64,000 nt of DNA from Thermoanaerobaculia bacterium (GTDB lineage Bacteria; Acidobacteriota; Thermoanaerobaculia; UBA5066). The translations under genes were made by a program, and so were the position numbers. The notes under the pieces are model-generated. The model was not told where the DNA came from. It saw nothing but the letters and a program-made list of their open reading frames with translations, and did no database searches. Where the stretch lies: positions 275,217 through 339,216 of the forward strand of contig CAWGCY010000006.1 in the NCBI GenBank assembly GCA_963821225.1, given 5' to 3'. Each line of letters begins with the position of its first letter. Position 1 is the stretch's first letter. This document shows positions 29,100 through 38,776 of this stretch, in pieces.

Positions 29100-31244
29100 T
29101 CAGGTCAGCCTGGCCTCGCGGCTCTTTCTGAGCTCTTCGACCGCTGCCCTGAAGTGTGCCGCGGACAAGGAGAGCTTTCCCTCGTTCTTCCCCCGCTGTC
29201 CATGAATCAGCTCGGCAATGGCCAGCATCGTCGCCCTCTTGCACAGGAAAGCGATGTGAGAGCCGACGAGTCCGTCCGTCATTCGCGCGAGCTCGCCAAG
29301 GTCGACGTCGCTGTTCAACGGCCTCCCGGAAGAGTGGATTTGGAGTATCTCGAGCCGTTCCTTCTCGTCCGGAGCGTGGAAATGGAGAACGTAATCGAGA
29401 CGCCCGGGCCTCACGAGGGCCGGGTCGAGGAGCTCTTGCCGGTTCGTTGCCCCGATGACGATCACCTGGGAGAGATCGCTCAGAGAATCGAGCTCGTTGA
29501 AGAACTGGCTTGCCACGCGCTCCGTAGCCGCCGATCCCGTCTCGTCGCCCCGCTTTGGCGCGAGGGCGTCGATTTCGTCGAAAAAAAGGATCGTCGGGGC
29601 GGACTGCTTCGCCTTCTTGAAGATCCCGTGGAGCGCCTTCTCCGACTCTCCCAGCCATTTCGAGAAGAGGATCGAGCTGCTGATCGGGATGAAATTGATG
29701 CCCGTCTCCCCGGCGAGAGCCCTGACCATGACGGTCTTGCCGGTGCCGGAAGGGCCGGATAGAAGGATGCCGCGCGACGAGATCTTGCCCGAGGCGAAGA
29801 GCTCGGGATACTTCAGCGGCCAATCGACGATCGAGAGAAGCGTCTCTTTGATCTCAGCCAGCCCGCCGATGTCGCAGAGCTTCAACGTGGACCTTTCGTT
29901 GAAGAATTCCCGGGTCGCCGTCGGTTCGACCTCTCGAAGGGCAGTCAGAAAATCCTCGTGAGAAATTCTCATGCTCTCCGGAGAGAGGGGCAGGCGGTCG
30001 GGGTTGCCCAATGCACCCACCGGCAGATATCGCCGCACGGCGGCCATCCCCGCCTCCTTGCAGAGCGCTTCCAGATCCGCCCCGACGAAACCGTGGGTGA
30101 TCTGCGCAACCTGATCGAGATCGACGTCGGCGTCGAGAGGCATCCGACGGCTGTGAATCTTCAAGATGGCCCGGCGTCCGTCGGCGTGGGGAGCGGAGAT
30201 GCCGATTTCCCGGTCGAACCGGCCCGGTCTGCGCAGCGCGGGGTCAATCATTTCCGGGACGTTGGTCGCGCCGATCACGAGAACATGACCGCGAGGAACC
30301 GTGCCGTCCATGAGGGCGAGAAGTTGCGCCACGACCCTCTTCTCCACATCCCCCACGACCTCGGCACGCTTCGGGGCGATGGCATCGATTTCATCGATGA
30401 AGATGACGCTCGGCGCCTTGCGCGTCGCCTCTTCGAAGATCTCGCGCAATCTGGCTTCGCTGTCGCCATAATATTTCTGGATGATTTCCGGCCCGTTGAT
30501 CTTGATGAAGTGGAGCTTCGTCTCCGCTGCGATTGCGCGGGCGATGAGAGTCTTTCCGGTTCCCGGCGGCCCATAGAGAAGCAGCCCCTTCGGCGCCTCG
30601 ATCCCCAGTCTGTCGAAGAGCTCCCCGTACCGCAGCGGAATCTCCACCATCTCCCGGATGGATCTCAGCTCCCGTTCCAATCCGCCGATGTCCTCATACG
30701 AAATGCGGGAGTCCGCTTTTTCGACATAGTCGGGTTTGTTGACCTTGAATTTTGTGTGCTGATTGATGATGACCGCGCCGGAGGGTGAAGTACCCTCCAC
30801 GGAAAAGAAGCGATCCTTGCCTCCAAAGAGCGGAATGTTCACTCTGTCGCCGGAAATGACGGCCAGCCCTTGCAGGATCTTTCCGATATATCCGACCTCG
30901 TTTTCGTCGGGCCACCAGTTTGCGGAGTCGATCGGGGTGAGCACGATGGTGGTCGCGGTTTGCCGGGCCGCCTTCTTGAGCGTCACCGTTCCGCCGATCT
31001 GCACCCCGGCGTTCGCGCGGGTGTAGCCGTCGAGCTGGACCAGTTTTTGGCCAAGATGTTCCGGGAAAATTCCGGAGATTCTGGCGACGGTGCGCTGTTC
31101 GCCGATAACCTCGACAACGTCGCCAAGAGTAGCGCCCAGGGCCTCGACGTCTTCAGGGTCAAAGCGCGCCAAGCCCTTGCCGACGTCGTCGATGAACACC
31201 TCCGCGACCCTCAACTCGACTTCGGGGACGGGCTTCTGAGACAT
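29100..31244 (-). CDS. CDC48/VCP-like double-ring AAA+ ATPase
   Basis: N-domain (DVGKGLAR...DGYTRANAG). D1 GPPGTGKT/IFIDEID/RPGRFDRE; D2 GPSGTGKT/FFDEID/RPGRLD. Confidence 0.92.
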   Translation of the reverse strand: MSQKPVPEVELRVAEVFIDDVGKGLARFDPEDVEALGATLGDVVEVIGEQRTVARISGIFPEHLGQKLVQLDGYTRANAGVQIGGTVTLKKAARQTATTIVLTPIDSANWWPDENEVGYIGKILQGLAVISGDRVNIPLFGGKDRFFSVEGTSPSGAVIINQHTKFKVNKPDYVEKADSRISYEDIGGLERELRSIREMVEIPLRYGELFDRLGIEAPKGLLLYGPPGTGKTLIARAIAAETKLHFIKINGPEIIQKYYGDSEARLREIFEEATRKAPSVIFIDEIDAIAPKRAEVVGDVEKRVVAQLLALMDGTVPRGHVLVIGATNVPEMIDPALRRPGRFDREIGISAPHADGRRAILKIHSRRMPLDADVDLDQVAQITHGFVGADLEALCKEAGMAAVRRYLPVGALGNPDRLPLSPESMRISHEDFLTALREVEPTATREFFNERSTLKLCDIGGLAEIKETLLSIVDWPLKYPELFASGKISSRGILLSGPSGTGKTVMVRALAGETGINFIPISSSILFSKWLGESEKALHGIFKKAKQSAPTILFFDEIDALAPKRGDETGSAATERVASQFFNELDSLSDLSQVIVIGATNRQELLDPALVRPGRLDYVLHFHAPDEKERLEILQIHSSGRPLNSDVDLGELARMTDGLVGSHIAFLCKRATMLAIAELIHGQRGKNEGKLSLSAAHFRAAVEELRKSREARLT

Positions 31245-31359
31245 GGGCCCTGGTCCGCTACCGACCGGCGCTCGGTGGGCCGGGCTGGCCGCCGGGAATG
31301 ACGGGCCGGAAGGGGTACGGACGGACGAAAACCGATCTCGAATGCCGGGACGTGACGTC

Positions 31360-31388
31360 AGGACAGACCACGATCTTTAATTCTACCA
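31360..31388 (-). promoter_or_regulatory. Extended -10 (TGgTAGAAT) with degenerate FadR-type site TGGTCTGTCCT upstream of cdc48
   Basis: Read on the minus strand; 7 of 11 positions match the operator core, at similar spacing from the -10 box. Confidence 0.4.
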
Positions 31389-31422
31389 GTTCCCGAACGT
31401 CCGAACACCGTTGGACGGCGCC

Positions 31423-31512
31423 TCAATGGAGCGCCTTGTAGAGCATGTAACCCGCCAGAGCGAGCATGGTGCGCGCGAACGCGCGTCTCAGAGCCTTCAC
31501 CGGCGAGCGATG
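31423..31512 (-). pseudogene. Possible 3' remnant of a TauE/SafE-like membrane protein gene
   Basis: Minus-strand frame reads HRSPVKALRRAFARTMLALAGYMLYKALH*, with an in-frame stop just upstream; resembles a TauE C-terminus. Confidence 0.3.
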
Positions 31513-31559
31513 CGGGTGCTAGGCTGCGGCCGCGGGCTGCCGCGGAGGGCCGTGCACGG

Positions 31560-33290
31560 ATGAAGACGTTCTCGTTCAAGATCGACGCGCTCACGGGTGA
31601 AGAGTTCCTCGAGGTCTACATCCGGGGTCGCCAGCTCCTGAACGACCCGCTCCTGAACAAGGGGTCGGGCTTCACCCGGGAGGAACGGCTCGCGTTCGGC
31701 CTCGACGGGTACGTCCGTTCGGGGTATTCCCCGATGGAGGTGCAGGTCGAGAGGACGCTCGAAGCGTATCGCCGCAAACCCGACGCCATGGAGCGTTACA
31801 TCTTCCTGAACAGTCTGCTCGACAGGAGCGAGCCGCTCTTCTATCGGCTCCTCCGCGACAACCTGACCGAGATGGTGCCCATCGTCTACACGCCCACCGT
31901 CGGGCAGGCGTGCCTCGAGCTGAGCCACATCCAGCGGCGTTTCCGGGGCGTCTACGTGAGCCCAGAAAACATCGATCGGATCGACCAGATCTTCCAGTCG
32001 ATCAGCCGGCCGCACGTTTATCTGATCGTGGTGACGGACGGCGAACGGATCCTCGGCCTCGGCGACCTCGGCTCCGACGGAATGGGGATCCCGGTCGGAA
32101 AGGTCAGCCTCTACGTGGCCGCCGGAGGCCTCCATCCGGCTGTCTGCCTTCCCATGTGCCTCGACATCGGCACGAACAACGAACGGCTCCTCGGCGACCC
32201 GCTTTATCTGGGCTACCGCCACCGGCGCCTCGAGGGGGAGGCGTACGCGGAGATCGTCGAGCGGTTCGTCCTCGGCGTGAAGCGAAACTTCCCCGACGCC
32301 CTGCTTCAGTGGGAGGACTTCGCCAAGAACAAGGCCCTCCAGAACCTCGAGCGGTACCGCGAGCGGATCCTCTCCTTCAACGACGACATCCAGGGGACCG
32401 GCGCCGCCGCGCTTGCCGCCCTGATGACGGCCATGCGCATCAAGGAGACCACATTCCACGAGCAGCGGTTCGTCGTCGTCGGGATGGGGCAGGCCGGCTC
32501 GGGGATCTGCTACATGATCCGGACGATGCTCCGGCAGGAAGGGCTCTCCGAGGCCGAGGCTCGCCGCCGACTCTTCGCGCTCGACATGCAGGGTCTTCTC
32601 CTGGAGGACGACCCCTCTCTCGAGCCCCAGCAGAAGATGTACGCCCAGCCCCGGGCCGCGGTAGAGGGCTGGCGCCTCCAGTCCTCTTCGGGCGTCGGTC
32701 TTCTCGACGTCGTGAGGAACGCCAAGCCGACCGTCCTGATCGGCGTCACGGCGCAGCGAGGCCTCTTCTCGGCCGAGATCCTCGAGGAGGTGGCCCGGAA
32801 TACCGACCGTCCGGTCGTGATGGCTCTGTCGAACCCCACGTCACGGACCGAGTGCACCCCGGAGGAGCTGGCTCGCGCCACTGGCGGGCGGGGACTCCTG
32901 GCGACCGGGAGCCCGTTTCCGCCGCTCGAGTGGAACGGCCGGACGATCAAGACGTCGCAGGGGAACAACCTCTTCATCTTCCCGGGCGTCGGTCTCGGCG
33001 CGCTCGTGAGCAGGGCGGCCAAAGTCACGGACGGGATGTTCCTCGCCGCGACGCGCGCCGTCAGCGCGATGGTGACGCCCGGGGAAGAGGAGCAGGGGCT
33101 GCTCCTCCCGGACATGGAGGCCATTCGCGACGTGTCTGCCCGCGTGGCCACGGCCGTGGCGATCGAGGCTCGCGACGCCGGTCTGGGCCGACTCCTCGAC
33201 GACCGGGAGCTCGAGGGCCTCGTCCGCAAGGCCCAGTGGGAGCCGCGGTTCAGCCCTTATCGGCCGGGGCCCGCGGCCGCCGCCGGCTGA
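31560..33290 (+). CDS. maeA: NAD-dependent malic enzyme
   Basis: LLNKGSGF, PIVYTPTVG, VVTDGERILGLGDLG, QWEDF, FNDDIQGT, ALSNPT, NNLFIFPG. Confidence 0.95.
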   Translation: MKTFSFKIDALTGEEFLEVYIRGRQLLNDPLLNKGSGFTREERLAFGLDGYVRSGYSPMEVQVERTLEAYRRKPDAMERYIFLNSLLDRSEPLFYRLLRDNLTEMVPIVYTPTVGQACLELSHIQRRFRGVYVSPENIDRIDQIFQSISRPHVYLIVVTDGERILGLGDLGSDGMGIPVGKVSLYVAAGGLHPAVCLPMCLDIGTNNERLLGDPLYLGYRHRRLEGEAYAEIVERFVLGVKRNFPDALLQWEDFAKNKALQNLERYRERILSFNDDIQGTGAAALAALMTAMRIKETTFHEQRFVVVGMGQAGSGICYMIRTMLRQEGLSEAEARRRLFALDMQGLLLEDDPSLEPQQKMYAQPRAAVEGWRLQSSSGVGLLDVVRNAKPTVLIGVTAQRGLFSAEILEEVARNTDRPVVMALSNPTSRTECTPEELARATGGRGLLATGSPFPPLEWNGRTIKTSQGNNLFIFPGVGLGALVSRAAKVTDGMFLAATRAVSAMVTPGEEEQGLLLPDMEAIRDVSARVATAVAIEARDAGLGRLLDDRELEGLVRKAQWEPRFSPYRPGPAAAAG

Positions 33291-33357
33291 CGCGCCGGAG
33301 CGGAGCGGGCGCGGGACGTCGTCAGGAACGAGCGCGCCCTCGGGACCTTGAAAGGGC

Positions 33358-35508
33358 TCACCAGAGGCCCAGGTCGAGCGTCACGGACACGCTGCGGGTC
33401 GCCGCCGCGTAGTAGTACGGAATCCCCGAGACCGTGTCCTGTCCCGCATCGCGCGTCACGTAGAGGTACGAGTACCCGCTCGGGAAGATGCGCCGGTTGT
33501 CGAGGAGGTTGTTGACGCGCACCGAGAGCCGCGGCTTTCCGGCCGCGACGAGGCGCGAAAGGTCGAGCCGGAAGGAGGCGTCGAGCTGGAAGAAGCGCGG
33601 CGCCTCGAGGCCTTCCGTGTTCGTGTTGTCGAGCCACGAGGCGGCGACGTAGCGGCCAGTGAGGCCGACCGTCACGTCCTTCAGGGCCGTCGTCTCGAGG
33701 CCGGCCGTCGCGACGAATGGGGGAGTCCCCACGGGCGCCACGTCGTGGAACGTGCGCGGCAGAGAACCCGTGAAGTTGCCGTCCGCGTCGTACACGTCGT
33801 AGAACTGCGTCCACTCGCTGATCCGGCTGCGGTTCAGGTTCACCGCGGCCGTGACCCGGAGCGCGGGCAGCGCCTGCCACGCGGCGTCCAGCTCGAGCCC
33901 GCGGCGGAAGCTCCTCGCCACGTTCCGCCGGAGCGCGAGCCCGATCGGCGAGAGCTCGCCCGTGAGCGCGATTTCGTCGTGAAACTCCATGTCGTAGAGG
34001 TTCGCCCTGAGAACGAGGTCCTTCGTCCGCCACTCGGCACCCAGCTCCACGTCCCAGACGCTCTCGGGCTTGACCGCGTCGAAGTCGGGGAGCGTCGAGG
34101 CGTTGTCCTCGCCGAGGAGAATGTCCGAGCGAGCAGGTTCGCGCTCGGTGCGGCCGATCGACACGTAGGCGCTCGAGCGGTCCGAGACGTCGACGCGCAA
34201 GCCGGCCTTCGGGTTGAAGAACGTCCACCCGCGCCCGGCCTCCCCGACGTCGCCCGCGTAGGACAGGTGCGCGTACCGCACCTGCGCGTCGAGGAACGGA
34301 TGCCACGCGCCGAGGCCGCCCAGGAGCTTCACGAAACCGCTGACTTCGTTCTTGTACCCGTGGTTCAGGTAATTGCGCTGTCCTCCGTCCACTTCGTCCT
34401 GGGTATGCGTGCTGCGGTAGCCGTACGCGTGCGCGCCCGCGGTCAGGTGGAAGGTGCCGAAATCGCGCGTGTAAGTCGCGAGGCCTCCGCCGAAGAGCCA
34501 CGACAGGCCGTATTCCTGCAGGTCCGCGCGGTTCGCCTCGTCCGCGAAGAGGCGGTACCAGCCGCCCGCGCCCACCACATAGCCCTGCAGGGAGAAGCTC
34601 GCTTTGGCTCCGAGTGCCTTCGTCCATTGCCCCGTGACGAGATATTCGTGGAAGTGATCCCTCTCCTCGGGCGCGAGAGGATTGAACGTGAGGTCCTTCT
34701 CGAGGATGTCGGGTTCCACGGCATAAAATGCCTGCTGGATGCGCTCTTCGCCCGCGAAGCCCGAGAACCGGAGCGTCGAGGACTCGAAGTCGCGTGCGGC
34801 CGAGAAAAAGACGCTGTCCTGCTTCACGCCCGAGCTCTCGCGGAACCCGTCCGTCGTCTGCCAGGACGGACGCAGCGACAGCCGCCACCCGCCGCCGAGC
34901 GTCCCGGTGTTCCAGTTCGCGCTCGCCCGAGCCGTGCCGAAAGAGCCCGCGCCGAGCTGAAGGTCCAGCGACGGCGAGCGGGCCGGGTCGAGGCTCTCGA
35001 AGTTGACCGAGCCGGCGAAGGATGCGGCGCCCACGGTGGACGTCCCGACGCCGCGCTGGACCTGGACGCTCCCGACGTTGCCCGCGAGGTTCGCGAAGTC
35101 GGCCGTGTAGACGGCCGAATCCTCCGGCTCGTTCAGCGGCACGCCGTCGAACGTCATGTTCACGCGCGTCTGTCCGATGCCGCGCATTTGCAGGTACGCG
35201 TATCCCTGCCCCGAGCCCGTCTCGGAGTACGCCGTCACGGACGGCGACTCCTGAAGCAGCATCGGCATTTCCTGCCCCCAGCTCTTCGCGGCGAGCTCGG
35301 GCTGGTCCAGGTTCGTCTTCGTGACGGGTGCGACGTCGTCGGCGCGGAGCGCCTTCACGACGACGTTCTCCGACACGTGCGGCGTGGAAGCCAAGCTCTG
35401 CGTGGGCGTCGGTGTCGGAGTGGGTGCGGGGGAGGCCTGCTGCGCGCGTGCGGTTGCCGTCCAGAGGAAAACCAGAAGTGAGAGGGTCCGGAAGATTTTC
35501 GGCGACAT
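33358..35508 (-). CDS. TonB-dependent outer-membrane receptor, probably for thiamine
   Basis: Signal peptide, PT linker, ENVVVKA TonB box, plug (MRGIGQTRVNMTFDGVPLN), VNNLLD, terminal W; preceded by a TPP riboswitch. Confidence 0.88.
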   Translation of the reverse strand: MSPKIFRTLSLLVFLWTATARAQQASPAPTPTPTPTQSLASTPHVSENVVVKALRADDVAPVTKTNLDQPELAAKSWGQEMPMLLQESPSVTAYSETGSGQGYAYLQMRGIGQTRVNMTFDGVPLNEPEDSAVYTADFANLAGNVGSVQVQRGVGTSTVGAASFAGSVNFESLDPARSPSLDLQLGAGSFGTARASANWNTGTLGGGWRLSLRPSWQTTDGFRESSGVKQDSVFFSAARDFESSTLRFSGFAGEERIQQAFYAVEPDILEKDLTFNPLAPEERDHFHEYLVTGQWTKALGAKASFSLQGYVVGAGGWYRLFADEANRADLQEYGLSWLFGGGLATYTRDFGTFHLTAGAHAYGYRSTHTQDEVDGGQRNYLNHGYKNEVSGFVKLLGGLGAWHPFLDAQVRYAHLSYAGDVGEAGRGWTFFNPKAGLRVDVSDRSSAYVSIGRTEREPARSDILLGEDNASTLPDFDAVKPESVWDVELGAEWRTKDLVLRANLYDMEFHDEIALTGELSPIGLALRRNVARSFRRGLELDAAWQALPALRVTAAVNLNRSRISEWTQFYDVYDADGNFTGSLPRTFHDVAPVGTPPFVATAGLETTALKDVTVGLTGRYVAASWLDNTNTEGLEAPRFFQLDASFRLDLSRLVAAGKPRLSVRVNNLLDNRRIFPSGYSYLYVTRDAGQDTVSGIPYYYAAATRSVSVTLDLGLW

Positions 35509-35518
35509 GTGCGCTCTT

Positions 35519-35599
35519 TCTGCCTTTCCCTACGCCGGTTCGAACCGGATCAGGTTCCGGGGTGTGATCTCAGGCCCTCTCGGGCCACCCCCAGGCAGG
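35519..35599 (-). ncRNA. TPP (THI-box) riboswitch
   Basis: Minus strand CTGCCT GGGGTG..CTGAGA..ACCCC..GAACCTGATC.GG....ACCGGCGTAGGGA AAGGCAG: conserved CUGAGA, ACCUGAUC and GCGUAGGGA elements with a closing P1 stem. Confidence 0.93.
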
Positions 35600-35603
35600 A
35601 ATA

Positions 35604-35632
35604 AATGTGGGCCCGAAACCGCCCGGAGTCAA
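35604..35632 (-). promoter_or_regulatory. Putative sigma70 promoter of the TPP riboswitch/TonB receptor
   Basis: TTGACT-17 nt-CACATT ending just before the riboswitch 5' end. Confidence 0.55.
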
Positions 35633-35698
35633 GCGCAGCCTTTCTGCGGCGTTCCTGAGGAGGTTTCGTTGCAGAATCCGCCCGGAAGGAGACGTCAC

Positions 35699-36124
35699 AT
35701 GCCGGTACGCAGCGCCAGCGCCGTCTGGCAAGGAGACCTGAAGGCGGGCAAAGGCACGATGCGCCTCGGGAGCGGAGCTTTCGAGGGCCAGTTCTCGTTC
35801 GCCTCGCGCTTCGAGGAGGGCAACGGCACGAACCCGGAGGAGCTCGCTGGCGCGGCCCACGCCGGGTGCTTCTCGATGGCCTTCTCGAACGAGCTGTCCA
35901 CGGCGGGCTTCGTTCCGACCCGCGTCGCCACGAGCGCGAAGGTGCACCTCGAAAAAGGGGAGGGCGGCTTCGCGATCTCGCGCATCGACCTCGATTGCGA
36001 GGCGCAGGTGCCCAGGATCGACAACGCGAAGTTCCAGGAGATCGCAGCCGCCGCCAAGAAAGGCTGCCCGATCTCGAAACTCTTCACCGGGGCTCAGATC
36101 AACCTCGTCGCGAAGCTGGTCTGA
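35699..36124 (+). CDS. osmC: OsmC family peroxiredoxin
   Basis: AVWQGDLK, GTNPEEL.GAAHAGCFSMA, AKKGCPIS. ATG 35699 with AAGGAG SD. Confidence 0.93.
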   Translation: MPVRSASAVWQGDLKAGKGTMRLGSGAFEGQFSFASRFEEGNGTNPEELAGAAHAGCFSMAFSNELSTAGFVPTRVATSAKVHLEKGEGGFAISRIDLDCEAQVPRIDNAKFQEIAAAAKKGCPISKLFTGAQINLVAKLV

Positions 36125-36242
36125 CCTAGAAAACTGGAAAGGACGGCGCTTCGCGCCGTGCTCAGAACAGGAAGAGAAGGAAACCAAGACGCGTACGTTG
36201 CGTATCCCGGAATCAGATCGACGGAAAAAGGAGGAGAAAACG

Positions 36243-36911
36243 ATGAAGCGCTTCCGAAACTCCGCTCTTGTCCTCTCAGCAGCTCTTTCTCTTCTCGTCC
36301 TCTCTTTGGTTCCCTCGGCGGCGTCCGCCGACGAGAAGCCCAAGGAAGCCGCGAAGGCCGCGGCGCCCGCGACGAAGGCCGCCGCGCCGGCCGGCATGCC
36401 CAGCCAGGAAGAAATGATGAAGGCCTGGATGGCGGCCGCCACCCCCGGCGAGGCTCACAAGAAGCTGGAGCCAGTCGTCGGGTCCTTCACGGTCCAGACG
36501 AAGATGTGGATGGATCCCTCGAAGCCCCCGGAAGAGTCCGGAGGCACCAGCGAGAGCAAGTGGGTGCTCGGCGGACGCTTCGTCGAGCAGCACGTGGAAG
36601 GCACCGCGATGGGCCAGCCCTTCTCCGGCATCGGGTACACCGGCTACGACAACTACAAGAAGAAGTACGTCGGCTCGTGGGTGGACAGCATGGGGACGAT
36701 GATCATGACCTCGACCGGCACGGCGGATGCCTCGGGGAAGAAGCTCACGTTCTGGTCCACGATGGACGACGTCGTGATGAAGAAGACGATGAAGGTCAAG
36801 AGCCAGGTGACGATCGTGGACAACGACCACCACACCTACGAGATGTGGGGACCTGGTCCCGACGGGAAGATGTTCAAGACGCTGGAAATCCATTACACGC
36901 GGAAGAAGTAG
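36243..36911 (+). CDS. Secreted DUF1579-family protein
   Basis: Signal peptide, PGEAHKKL, WVLGGRFV, GYDNYKKKYVGSWVDSMGT, IHYTR. Confidence 0.8.
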   Translation: MKRFRNSALVLSAALSLLVLSLVPSAASADEKPKEAAKAAAPATKAAAPAGMPSQEEMMKAWMAAATPGEAHKKLEPVVGSFTVQTKMWMDPSKPPEESGGTSESKWVLGGRFVEQHVEGTAMGQPFSGIGYTGYDNYKKKYVGSWVDSMGTMIMTSTGTADASGKKLTFWSTMDDVVMKKTMKVKSQVTIVDNDHHTYEMWGPGPDGKMFKTLEIHYTRKK

Positions 36912-36912
36912 C

Positions 36913-38661
36913 TCAGAGCTTCTTCAGCGCCTCCATCGCCTTTTTCAACGACTGCCGGCTCCGGAAGAACCCGGCCCACGGGTCGGGCTTCCGGAGCCGC
37001 TCTGCGAAGTTGCCGAGGTTGAAGTCGGCCGCCTTCAGGGACGCCTTCACCTCGGACCATTCGAGCGGCGTCGAGACGGGGGCGTGCGCGCGCCGCCTCA
37101 CCGAGTAGGGCGTCACCACGGTCTGGCCGAGCGCGTTCCGGAAGGAGTCGAGGAAGACGCGTCCCTCCCTCGCCGCGATGCGCATCTCGACCGTCAACTC
37201 CCTCGGGTACGCCGCCGTGAGGCGCGTCCCCAGCTCCTTCGCGAACCACGTGACTTCCTTCGTGCTGGGGCCGGGCTTGATCGGCAGGAAGATGTGCAGC
37301 CCCTTTCCTCCGGAGGTCTTCACGAAGGCCTCGAGGTCGAGCGCGTCCAGGGCCCGCTTCACTTTCAGCGCCGCGTTCACCGCGTCGACCATCTGGCCCG
37401 AGTCCGGATCGAGGTCGAAGCAGACCCAGTCGGGCCGGTCGAGATCGCCGACTCGGCTGTTCCAGACGTGGACGGCGATGCAGCCGAGATTCGCGAGCGC
37501 GAGCTGGGTCTCGAGCTTTCCACCCACGACGGTGTTCGTGATTCCGCGGTCGTGCTTCACGGGGATCGTGGGGGTGTCTTTCGGCATCCCGGCGGGTCTC
37601 TCCTTCTGGTAAAAGCACTCGCCGCCCATCCCGTCCGGACAGCGCTCCAGGGAGAGGGGGCGATCGTCGACGTAGGGCTTCAGGCTTGGAAAGATGCCCT
37701 GATAGAAGGCGACGAGATCCGCCTTCGTGTACCCCTCCTCGGGCCAGAACACCTTGTCGGGGTTCGAGACGGGGACTGGGAATGAGTGTTTTGAGGAGGA
37801 CGAAGAGGAAGACGAGGAGAAAGACGAAGGTTTCTTAGAAGGGGGTTGGGGTTCGGCTGCGCGCGTCGATTTTTCGTCGCGCGTCGAGCTGGCCCGTGCG
37901 GCGCCCCTCTTACCCTTCGAAGAAATCTTCTCTTCGTGCTCTTCGGACCCGACATTCTCGGCGACAGTTTTATTCGAATGCCAGACCGCGGGCGCTTTCT
38001 TCCTCTTGCGCTCCAGGAGCTTCGGTTCCTTGAGCAGCTTTTCGACCTCGCCAACCGGATCTCCCGTCGACGCCTTTTCGACGTCGCCGCCCTCGTCGAT
38101 CGCGATCTCGGTCAGCAGGCGATTCGAGACGACCGAGCGCGGCTGGTCCTCTGCGATGTCCTCGTCCGATGCGAAACCGTCGCGATGCTTGATGAGGAGC
38201 CACGCGGGGCGCTTCGACGAGCCCCAGCCCTTCGTGCGCACGAGGACCCACCCGCCCTTCAGCTTTTCGCCCGACAGCGTGAACTTGAGCTCGCCTTTCG
38301 CGAGAGCCGCGTCGACGTCGGGCGACTCCGGACTCCAGGTGCCGCGGTCCCATACCATGACCGTCCCGCCGCCGTACTCGCCTGCGGGGATGATCCCCTC
38401 GAACGCCGCGTACTCGATCGGGTGATCCTCGACGTGGGTCGCCATGCGCTTGACCGCCGGGTCGAGGGACGGCCCCTTCGGGACCGCCCACGACAACAGG
38501 ACACCGTTCCACTCGAGGCGGAAGTCGTAGTGCAACGCGGTCGCGCGGTGCTTCTGGACGACGTAGGCGAGCGCCGTCTTTCGCTTTTTCGGCGCCTTCG
38601 CGCCCGCGGGCTCCTTCGTGACGTCGAAGCGGCGCTTCTTGCGGTAGTCCTCGAGCGGCAT
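36913..38661 (-). CDS. ligD: LigD-type 3'-phosphoesterase + primase/polymerase protein without a ligase domain
   Basis: PE: YRKKRRF, QKHRATALHYDFRLE, SWAVPKGP, VEDHP. Ser-rich linker. POL: SNPDKVFWP, RCPDG, FDLDP, KTSGGKGLH, PYSVR. Start ATG 38661. Confidence 0.85.
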   Translation of the reverse strand: MPLEDYRKKRRFDVTKEPAGAKAPKKRKTALAYVVQKHRATALHYDFRLEWNGVLLSWAVPKGPSLDPAVKRMATHVEDHPIEYAAFEGIIPAGEYGGGTVMVWDRGTWSPESPDVDAALAKGELKFTLSGEKLKGGWVLVRTKGWGSSKRPAWLLIKHRDGFASDEDIAEDQPRSVVSNRLLTEIAIDEGGDVEKASTGDPVGEVEKLLKEPKLLERKRKKAPAVWHSNKTVAENVGSEEHEEKISSKGKRGAARASSTRDEKSTRAAEPQPPSKKPSSFSSSSSSSSSKHSFPVPVSNPDKVFWPEEGYTKADLVAFYQGIFPSLKPYVDDRPLSLERCPDGMGGECFYQKERPAGMPKDTPTIPVKHDRGITNTVVGGKLETQLALANLGCIAVHVWNSRVGDLDRPDWVCFDLDPDSGQMVDAVNAALKVKRALDALDLEAFVKTSGGKGLHIFLPIKPGPSTKEVTWFAKELGTRLTAAYPRELTVEMRIAAREGRVFLDSFRNALGQTVVTPYSVRRRAHAPVSTPLEWSEVKASLKAADFNLGNFAERLRKPDPWAGFFRSRQSLKKAMEALKKL

Positions 38662-38776
38662 GCCGGGAAGATACGTGGCCGGGACGCCGGAAGCCAACTT
38701 AGGTGTCCGAGGCCGACGAAGAAGGCGCCCTCAGCGTGCTAGCATCTTGGTGTTTCGAGGTCACCACGGAGCTCCG

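Noticed and set aside
37790-37830. GAG/GAA-rich repeat, and the ACACCG-type repeat near 35400-35430
   Set aside because: These encode low-complexity protein linkers (poly-Ser, Pro-Thr), not DNA repeat elements.
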